Part shown: piece after piece, positions 1 through 4,395 of the stretch
Position numbering within the stretch: the first letter of the stretch is position 1
Layout: each line of letters starts with the position of its first letter
DNA from: a virus
Taxonomy: Duplodnaviria; Heunggongvirae; Uroviricota; Caudoviricetes
Strand: one strand, 5' to 3'
IMG/VR virus record: IMGVR_UViG_2671180770_000027
Length of the DNA stretch: 4,395 bases
The notes under the pieces: generated by a model
Databases searched by the model: none
Seen by the model: the letters and a program-made list of their open reading frames with translations, nothing else
What the model was told of the DNA's origin: nothing
Made by a program: the position numbers and the translations under genes

Positions 1-474
1 GCTCCGGAAGTTAATGCTAAGGCGCTGGCCTGGGGAAAACAGTACGAGAACGACGCCAGAACCCTGTTTGAATTCACTTCCGGCGTGAATATTACTGAAT
101 CCCCGATCATCTATCGCGACGAAAATATGCGCACCGCCTGCTCTCCCGATGGTTTATGCAGTGACGGCAACGGCCTTGAACTGAAATGCCCGTTTACCTC
201 CCGGGATTTCATGAAATTCCGGCTCGGTGGTTTCGAGGCAATAAAATCGGCTTACATGGCCCAGGTGCAGTACAGCATGTGGGTGACGCGAAAAGATGCC
301 TGGTACTTTGCCAACTATGACCCGCGCATGAAGCGTGAAGGCCTGCATTACGTCGTGGTTGAGCGGAATGAAAAGTACATGGCGAGTTTTGACGAGATGG
401 TGCCGGAGTTCATCGAAAAAATGGACGAGGCACTGGCTGAAATTGGTTTTGTATATGGGGAGCAATGGCAATGA
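1..474 (+). CDS. exo: Lambda-type 5'-3' exonuclease (Red-alpha), 3' portion; the start codon lies upstream of the window
   Basis: Frame 1 is open from base 1 to the TGA at 472-474. The translation ([29 protein letters not shown]...[17 protein letters not shown]...GEQWQ) matches the C-terminal ~155 residues of lambda Exo as I recall it, with scattered substitutions (not identical to lambda). The six-frame track lists only the part after the internal Met (85..474). Confidence 0.93.
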   Translation, partial: APEVNAKALAWGKQYENDARTLFEFTSGVNITESPIIYRDENMRTACSPDGLCSDGNGLELKCPFTSRDFMKFRLGGFEAIKSAYMAQVQYSMWVTRKDAWYFANYDPRMKREGLHYVVVERNEKYMASFDEMVPEFIEKMDEALAEIGFVYGEQWQ

Positions 475-653
475 AGCATCCTCACGATAATATCCGGGTA
501 GGCGCGATCACTTTCGTCTACTCCGTTACAAAGCGAGGCTGGGTATTTCCCGGCCTTTCTGTTATCCGAAATCCGCTGAAAGCCCAGCGGCTGGCTGAGG
601 AGATAAATAATAAACGGGGAGCTGTATGCACAAAGCATCTCCCGTTGAGTTAA
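471..653 (+). CDS. Small conserved lambdoid ORF (lambda orf60a-like, 60 aa); alternative start at 465 gives 62 aa
   Basis: ATG at 471 overlaps the exo stop (caATGA, classic ATGA coupling). The translation [60 protein letters not shown] matches lambda orf60a from memory. A GGGG run at 457-460 could serve as a Shine-Dalgarno (SD) sequence. Confidence 0.8.
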   Translation: MKHPHDNIRVGAITFVYSVTKRGWVFPGLSVIRNPLKAQRLAEEINNKRGAVCTKHLPLS

Positions 654-817
654 GAACGAGTATCGAGATGGCACATAGCCTCGCTCAAATTGGAGTCAGG
701 TTTGTGCCAATACCAGTAGAAACAGACGAAGAATTTCATACGTTAGCCGCATCCCTTTCACAAAAGCTGGAAATGATGGTGGCGAAAGCAGAAGCAGATG
801 AGAGAGACCAGGTATGA
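626..817 (+). CDS. Small conserved lambdoid ORF (lambda orf63-like, 63 aa)
   Basis: ATG at 626 is preceded by GGGGA (616-620) at 5-nt spacing. It overlaps the 3' end of the previous ORF by 28 nt in another frame. The 63-aa product is acidic (…VETDEEF…AKAEADERDQV) and matches lambda orf63 in length and sequence as recalled. Confidence 0.82.
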   Translation: MHKASPVELRTSIEMAHSLAQIGVRFVPIPVETDEEFHTLAASLSQKLEMMVAKAEADERDQV

Positions 818-893
818 CAACCACTGAATGCATTTTTCTGGCAGCGGGCTTCATATTCTGTGTGCTTATGCTTGCCGACATGGGGCTTGTTCA

Positions 894-1109
894 ATGACAC
901 CTCAGCAAGAAAACGCCCTTCGCAGCATTGCCCGTCAGGCTAATTCTGAAATCAAAAAAGCCAGACAGCAGTTTCCGGATAAAAACGTCGATGACATTTG
1001 CCGTAGCGTACTAAAGAAGCACCGCGAAACGGTAACGCTGATGGGATTCACACCGACTCATTTAAGCCTGGCGATCGGCATGTTGAACGGCGTCTTTAAG
1101 GAACGGTGA
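894..1109 (+). CDS. Small lambdoid early-left ORF (orf61-like), 71 aa from the ATG at 894; the six-frame track shows a 93-aa extension from 828
   Basis: The ATG at 894 is preceded by a GGGG run (882-885), while the upstream ATG at 828 has no SD. Position after the orf63-like gene matches lambda orf61 synteny. Sequence identity to lambda orf61 is not confirmed, and the length differs from 61 aa. Confidence 0.6.
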   Translation: MTPQQENALRSIARQANSEIKKARQQFPDKNVDDICRSVLKKHRETVTLMGFTPTHLSLAIGMLNGVFKER

Positions 1110-1207
1110 ACATGAAAAGCAAAATCATCAGGGAGCTACAGGCTCCTTTTTTATTATTCGCATTCACCCTCAAGCGTATTAACCAACAATTCAGGGATTA
1201 ATGAAAG

Positions 1208-1429
1208 ATGGCAGACATAATTGATTCAGCATCAGAAATTGAAGAATTACAGCGCAACACAGCAATAAAAATGCGCCGCCTGAACCACCAGGCTATATCT
1301 GCCACTCATTGTTGTGAGTGTGGCGATCCGATAGATGAACGAAGACGACTGGCCGTTCAGGGTTGTCGGACTTGTGCCAGTTGCCAGCAAGATCTGGAGC
1401 TTATCAGTAAACAGAGAGGTTCGAAGTGA
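1208..1429 (+). CDS. TraR/DksA-family C4 zinc-finger protein (73 aa), probably an RNA polymerase secondary-channel binding regulator
   Basis: The translation contains CxxC-X17-CxxC (CCEC…17 residues…CASC), the spacing diagnostic of the DksA/TraR zinc finger, in a 73-aa protein the same size as F-plasmid TraR. I recall lambda encoding a TraR homologue (Orf73) at this position, but cannot verify it here. Confidence 0.82.
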   Translation: MADIIDSASEIEELQRNTAIKMRRLNHQAISATHCCECGDPIDERRRLAVQGCRTCASCQQDLELISKQRGSK

Positions 1430-1582
1430 GCGAAATTAACTAGAAGCCAAAGATAAAATCATCGCTGAGCAGGAGAAAATCGCTAACGGAGAAAAGACAG
1501 TAAGTCAGTATATGAAAACCGCATGATATCATCAGATAAAAATCGGTCGTAAAGCGAAATATTAATACCAGAACAAACGAGT

Positions 1583-1604
1583 CGAGGTAAATTATATTAC
1601 CTCG
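1583..1604 (-). terminator. Perfect 8-bp inverted repeat (CGAGGTAA-ATTATA-TTACCTCG); possible transcript 3' end for the opposite-strand membrane gene
   Basis: Seen directly: cgaggtaa (1583-1590), loop attata, ttacctcg (1597-1604). It lies about 36 nt downstream of the minus-strand ORF stop (1640-1642). On the minus strand it is followed by ACTCGTTTGTTCT, which is T-rich but not a clean U-tract. Confidence 0.35.
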
Positions 1605-1639
1605 ATAAATTAACTAAAACTTGCCCGCTATATACTATA

Positions 1640-2242
1640 TCATTCAGTATCATCACGCGCGGTCTGTGCATATGTCACTACTGCACCTAATATATTAATT
1701 TTCTTTTCAACATAGATAATATTATCGTACTCATAATTGCCATACGGATAGCAAATGCGAATATTCTCATGTAGATCGGGGTCATCCACCTCAGCTCCAG
1801 AACAACTTTTTGAACTACCGGAAGTATACCGATACGGTGCAACGTAAGACGATGTCTCTCCAGGCAAAAAATAAGTTAGTGTCGTAAGGGGTATAATCAG
1901 AAAAAATCCAGCAAATATGCACATCCCTGCATAAACCTTAAGGTATGCTGACAGACTCTTCCAGCCGCTTTGTTTTACTATCCCCTTCTTAACCCAAAAC
2001 AGAGATAACAGAAAAGCTATTCCCATGCTAAACAGAATGTAATAGTGGGATATACTCTGATTAAGAAACGTGACCCTGTAGATATCTGCCCGCCACCAGA
2101 AGAAAAGGAAAATAAAGATCAGCCCTGAAACTGTCATGCAAATCAAATAAGGATACGAATCTTTTTTCATGTTTAGCGCCCATAAAATTTTTCCTGACCC
2201 GGACAAATTTACCATCCATTTTTTGCGCAGAAAATAGCTCAT
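1640..2242 (-). CDS. Opposite-strand accessory (moron) gene encoding a predicted integral membrane protein with three hydrophobic helices and a ~75-aa C-terminal domain; function unknown
   Basis: A 200-codon ORF on the minus strand inside an AT-rich island. Three hydrophobic segments are visible (YLICMTVSGLIFIFLFFWW; YYILFSMGIAFLLSLFWV; AGMCIFAGFFLIIPLTTLTYFL), with basic residues flanking them. It is the only ORF in the window opposed to the pL operon direction. The start is ambiguous (Met1, Met10 or Met25; none has a strong SD). I do not recognise the family. Confidence 0.7.
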   Translation of the reverse strand: MSYFLRKKWMVNLSGSGKILWALNMKKDSYPYLICMTVSGLIFIFLFFWWRADIYRVTFLNQSISHYYILFSMGIAFLLSLFWVKKGIVKQSGWKSLSAYLKVYAGMCIFAGFFLIIPLTTLTYFLPGETSSYVAPYRYTSGSSKSCSGAEVDDPDLHENIRICYPYGNYEYDNIIYVEKKINILGAVVTYAQTARDDTE

Positions 2243-2484
2243 TACTTACTGCACAATAATACACAAAATTGCGTAAATTTTTTGCATGGATTTTAGCTCT
2301 TTCAGCCGACATTTAAGGGGTAAATAGCATTTCCTAAAAGCAACTGCACCAACCCAACAGAATGGGCTACCGCTTACGTTGAGAGCAAAAAAGTGTATAG
2401 CAGCAATGAACAGCATCCTCACACTGACGAGGATTTCTTTTATCTGAACTCGCTACGGCGGGTTTTGTTTTATGGAGATGATAA

Positions 2485-2652
2485 ATGCACTTCCGAGTCA
2501 CAGGTGAATGGAATGGAGAACCATTCAACAGAGTTATCGAAGCCGAGAACATCAGCGACTGCTATGACCACTGGGTGCTGTGGGCGCAGATAGCACATGC
2601 AGACGTAACCAATATTCGAATTGAAGAACTGAAAGAACACCAAGCCGCCTGA
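2485..2652 (+). CDS. Small 55-aa ORF, a conserved-looking lambdoid early-left small protein (possibly lambda orf55-like)
   Basis: ATG at 2485 is preceded by GGAG (2474-2477) at 7-nt spacing, and the frame is open for 55 codons to the TGA at 2650-2652 (MHFRVTGEWNGEPFNRVIEAENISDCYDHWVLWAQIAHADVTNIRIEELKEHQAA). It is below the 60-aa cutoff of the ORF track. The overlapping 66-aa track ORF (2393..2593) is in another frame and lacks an SD. Confidence 0.65.
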   Translation: MHFRVTGEWNGEPFNRVIEAENISDCYDHWVLWAQIAHADVTNIRIEELKEHQAA

Positions 2653-2665
2653 TGGCGGTTTTTTT
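2645..2665 (+). terminator. Short GC hairpin followed by a T7 run; candidate weak intrinsic terminator or attenuator after the 55-aa ORF
   Basis: ccgcc (2645-2649), loop tgat, ggcgg (2654-2658), then ttttttt (2659-2665). The stem is only 5-6 bp, so strength is doubtful. An N-antiterminated pL transcript would read through. Confidence 0.4.
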
Positions 2666-2679
2666 ATTGGAGACAAGAA

Positions 2680-3024
2680 ATGTCAGATTTGGCTATGAAG
2701 GTTTTGAAATGGCAATCGACTGGCGATGTAGGCATCAGTAGCGCAACTCTTGCCTCAATCGCATGTGGACTGAAAAAGAATATCTATGGTCATAGCTTCG
2801 GTGCTCCACATGACGCAGCCGATTTCCGACGATGCGTTGCACTTGTTGAGCAGATTCCAGAAATCAGAGATTCATTCGACAAGGTTGCAAAGCGCGTTCC
2901 GGCATTCAAAGGAATCCTCAACGAATGGGATTCACTCGTTGCTCTGTTGAAGTCTGAAATGAAGACGTACGGGAACAAAGCACCAGAGACTTACAGAAGA
3001 ATCAGCGAGCTACGCAAGGACTAA
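2680..3024 (+). CDS. Hypothetical protein, 114 aa, function unknown (occupies the pre-xis slot)
   Basis: ATG at 2680 is preceded by GGAG (2671-2674) at 5-nt spacing. It is a clean 114-codon ORF ending in TAA at 3022-3024. The product is soluble with no hydrophobic segments and no motif I recognise. Confidence 0.75.
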   Translation: MSDLAMKVLKWQSTGDVGISSATLASIACGLKKNIYGHSFGAPHDAADFRRCVALVEQIPEIRDSFDKVAKRVPAFKGILNEWDSLVALLKSEMKTYGNKAPETYRRISELRKD

Positions 3025-3080
3025 CCCGCCTCACACTCGATGAGGCCTGTTCATTTCTCAAGATATCCAGACCTACCATC

Positions 3081-3101
3081 GCCGCATCAATGCGGCTTTT
3101 T
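3081..3101 (+). terminator. GC-rich hairpin plus T-run; candidate intrinsic terminator between the 114-aa ORF and xis
   Basis: gccgca (3081-3086), loop tcaa, tgcggc (3091-3096), then ttttt (3097-3101). It has the canonical rho-independent shape and sits immediately before the cII-type site. Confidence 0.5.
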
Positions 3102-3102
3102 C

Positions 3103-3140
3103 TTGCGTGTAATTGCGGAGACTTTGCGATGTACTTGACA
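3103..3140 (+). promoter_or_regulatory. cII-dependent pI-like promoter: TTGC-N6-TTGC activator site (3103-3116), with the inferred -10 and start at or inside the xis start region
   Basis: Direct: TTGCgtgtaaTTGC at 3103-3116, the consensus tetramer repeat bound by lambda CII at pRE, pI and paQ (established knowledge). Its position 13 nt before the xis ATG matches lambda pI, whose transcript begins inside xis so that Int is made without Xis. Confidence 0.7.
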
Positions 3141-3347
3141 CTTCAGGAGTGGAACGCACGCCAGCGACGCCCAAGAAGCCTTGAAACAGTTCGTCGATGG
3201 GTGCGCGAATGCAGGATATTCCCTCCTCCGGTTAAGGATGGAAGAGAGTATCTGTTCCACGAATCAGCGGTAAAGGTTGACTTAAATCGACCAGTAACAG
3301 GTAGCCTTTTGAAGAGGATCAGAAATGGGAAGAAGGCGAAGTCATGA
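3129..3347 (+). CDS. xis: Excisionase Xis (72 aa), lambda-type
   Basis: ATG at 3129 with GGAG at 3117-3120. The translation MYLTLQEWNARQRRPRSLETVRRWVRECRIFPPPVKDGREYLFHESAVKVDLNRPVTGSLLKRIRNGKKAKS matches lambda Xis as recalled. The 3' end overlaps int by 23 nt. The track's longer version from 3090 has no support. Confidence 0.95.
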   Translation: MYLTLQEWNARQRRPRSLETVRRWVRECRIFPPPVKDGREYLFHESAVKVDLNRPVTGSLLKRIRNGKKAKS

Positions 3348-4395
3348 GCGCCGGGATTTACCCCCTAATCTTTATATAAGAAACAATGGATATTACTGCT
3401 ACAGGGACCCAAGGACGGGTAAAGAGTTTGGATTAGGCCGAGACAGGAGGATAGCAATCACTGAAGCTATACAGGCCAACATTGAGTTATTTTCAGGACA
3501 CAAACACAAGCCTCTGACAGCGAGAATCAACAGTGATAATTCTGTTACGTTACATTCATGGCTTGATCGCTACGAAAAAATCCTCGCCAGCAGAGGAATC
3601 AAGCAGAAGACACTTATAAATTACATGAGCAAAATTAAAGCAATAAGGAGGGGTCTGTCTGATGCTCCACTTGAAGACATCACCACAAAAGAAATTGCAG
3701 CAATGCTCAATGGATACATAGACGAGGGCAAGGCGGCGTCAGCCAAGTTAATCAGATCAACACTGAGCGATGCATTCCGAGAGGCAATAGCTGAAGGCCA
3801 TATAACAACAAACCCGGTCGCTGCCACTCGCGCAGCAAAATCAGAGGTAAGGAGATCAAGACTTACGGCTGACGAATACCTGAAAATTTATCAAGCAGCA
3901 GAATCATCACCATGTTGGCTCAGACTTGCAATGGAACTGGCTGTTGTTACCGGGCAACGAGTTGGTGATTTATGCGAAATGAAGTGGTCTGATATCGTAG
4001 ATGGATATCTTTATGTCGAGCAAAGCAAAACAGGCGTAAAAATTGCCATCCCTACAACATTGCATGTTGATGCTCTCGGAATATCAATGAAGGAAACACT
4101 TGATAAATGCAAAGAGATTCTTGGCGGAGAAACCATAATTGCATCTACTCGTCGCGAACCGCTTTCATCCAGCACAGTATCAAGGTATTTTATGCGCGCA
4201 CGAAAAGCATCAGGTCTTTCCTTCGAAGGGGATCCGCCTACCTTTCACGAGTTGCGCAGTTTGTCTGCAAGACTCTATGAGAAGCAGATAAGCGATAAGT
4301 TTGCTCAACATCTTCTCGGGCATAAGTCGGACACCATGGCATCACAGTATCGTGATGACAGAGGCAGGGAGTGGGACAAAATTGAAATCAAATAA
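3325..4395 (+). CDS. int: Tyrosine recombinase / integrase (356 aa), lambda Int-type
   Basis: ATG at 3325 with GAGGA (3313-3317) at 7-nt spacing. The N-terminal arm-binding region (MGRRRSHERRDLPPNLYIRNNGYYCYRDPRTGKEFGLGRDRRIAI) and the C-terminal catalytic region (…HELRSLSARLY…LLGHKSDTMASQYRDDRGREWDKIEIK, containing the R…H-x-x-R…Y signature) match lambda Int as recalled, nearly residue for residue. The stop is TAA at 4393-4395. Confidence 0.97.
   Translation: MGRRRSHERRDLPPNLYIRNNGYYCYRDPRTGKEFGLGRDRRIAITEAIQANIELFSGHKHKPLTARINSDNSVTLHSWLDRYEKILASRGIKQKTLINYMSKIKAIRRGLSDAPLEDITTKEIAAMLNGYIDEGKAASAKLIRSTLSDAFREAIAEGHITTNPVAATRAAKSEVRRSRLTADEYLKIYQAAESSPCWLRLAMELAVVTGQRVGDLCEMKWSDIVDGYLYVEQSKTGVKIAIPTTLHVDALGISMKETLDKCKEILGGETIIASTRREPLSSSTVSRYFMRARKASGLSFEGDPPTFHELRSLSARLYEKQISDKFAQHLLGHKSDTMASQYRDDRGREWDKIEIK

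Larger units (their letters stand above)
1..4395. mobile_element. Segment of a lambdoid temperate phage/prophage: distal early-left operon (recombination and small-ORF region) plus the xis-int integration module
   Basis: Co-linear + strand gene order exo - orf60a - orf63 - orf61-like - TraR-like - small ORFs - xis - int, with the xis/int overlap and a cII-type site upstream of xis. This matches the lambda pL operon organisation (established knowledge, recalled from memory). Confidence 0.9.

Noticed and set aside
154-674. Minus-strand ORFs 154..471 (105 aa) and 348..674 (108 aa)
   Set aside because: They lie entirely antisense to the well-supported exo/orf60a/orf63 coding sequences, have no SD and no recognisable product. 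Long antisense frames are expected by chance opposite genes of this GC content.
696-881. Minus-strand ORF of 61 aa
   Set aside because: Antisense to the orf63-like gene and the intergenic region, with no start context or recognisable features.
828-893. N-terminal extension of the orf61-like ORF (93-aa version from the ATG at 828)
   Set aside because: There is no SD before 828, the extension (MHFSGSGLHILCAYACRHGACS) looks non-protein-like, and a GGGG run sits in front of the internal ATG at 894. Kept only as an alternative start.
1440-1532. 30-codon hydrophobic mini-ORF on the minus strand (MISCGFHILTYCLFSVSDFLLLSDDFIFGF) resembling a type I toxin peptide
   Set aside because: It is the exact antisense of the A/G-rich coding-like remnant frame, so the Phe/Leu richness follows automatically from complementing GAA/AAA codons. 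There is no SD or promoter evidence.
2270-2286. TTGC-N9-TTGC on the + strand (ttgcgtaaattttttgc) as a possible second cII site
   Set aside because: The spacing is 9 rather than the 6 required for CII tetramer-repeat recognition, and it is not positioned at a -35 for any + strand gene.
2061-2312. Minus-strand 83-aa ORF overlapping the 5' end of the membrane-protein gene
   Set aside because: It is in a different frame, overlaps the longer and more protein-like 200-codon ORF, and has an odd composition. Probably a chance frame in AT-rich DNA.
2452-2470. Possible hairpin plus T-run (cgctacggcgggttttgtttt) upstream of the 55-aa ORF
   Set aside because: Only about 3 bp can pair before the T-rich tract, which is too weak to call a terminator.
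2393-2593. Track ORF of 66 aa (+ strand)
   Set aside because: It overlaps the 55-aa ORF in another frame, lacks an SD, and its product (…TSATAMTTGCCGRR) looks like out-of-frame translation. The 2485..2652 frame with GGAG is preferred.
2367-2676. Minus-strand ORFs 2367..2552 (61 aa) and 2470..2676 (68 aa)
   Set aside because: Antisense to the 55-aa ORF and its terminator region, with no translation signals.
2790-2978. Minus-strand 62-aa ORF
   Set aside because: Lies inside and antisense to the well-supported 114-aa ORF.
3090-3128. Upstream extension of xis (85-aa track ORF starting MRLFLACNCGDFA)
   Set aside because: The extension would be translated across the terminator hairpin and the cII site. 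Xis of 72 aa starting at 3129 has an SD and matches the known protein.
3621-3827. Minus-strand 68-aa ORF inside int
   Set aside because: Antisense to the integrase coding sequence, with no supporting signals.
1-4395. CRISPR arrays, tRNA/rRNA genes, IS elements or an att core
   Set aside because: No regularly spaced direct repeats, no cloverleaf-like or rRNA-like sequence, and no terminal inverted repeats with a transposase. The att site is expected just beyond the 3' end of the window, not inside it.

Overview
This window reads as the promoter-distal end of the early-left (pL) operon of a lambda-like temperate phage or prophage, in the reverse orientation to the conventional lambda map. On the + strand the order is: exo (3' two-thirds, 5' end outside the window), three small ORFs matching lambda orf60a, orf63 and an orf61-like gene, a TraR/DksA-family zinc-finger gene, a 55-aa ORF, a 114-aa ORF of unknown function, then xis and int with their characteristic overlap and a cII-type TTGC-N6-TTGC site (pI-like promoter) just upstream of xis. 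The window ends exactly at the int stop codon, so attP/attL and any host junction lie just beyond the 3' edge. The main anomaly is an AT-rich stretch of roughly 0.8-0.9 kb (about 1530-2340) between the TraR-like gene and the 55-aa ORF. It carries no + strand ORF of 60 aa or more, but has one opposite-strand ORF (1640..2242) predicted to encode a membrane protein with three hydrophobic helices and a Cys/Tyr-containing C-terminal domain. This has the hallmarks of a horizontally acquired moron and is the best candidate for an undescribed accessory function; that role is inference only. All homology calls come from recognising the translated sequences from memory; no database search was run. No rRNA, tRNA, CRISPR array or IS element was seen.
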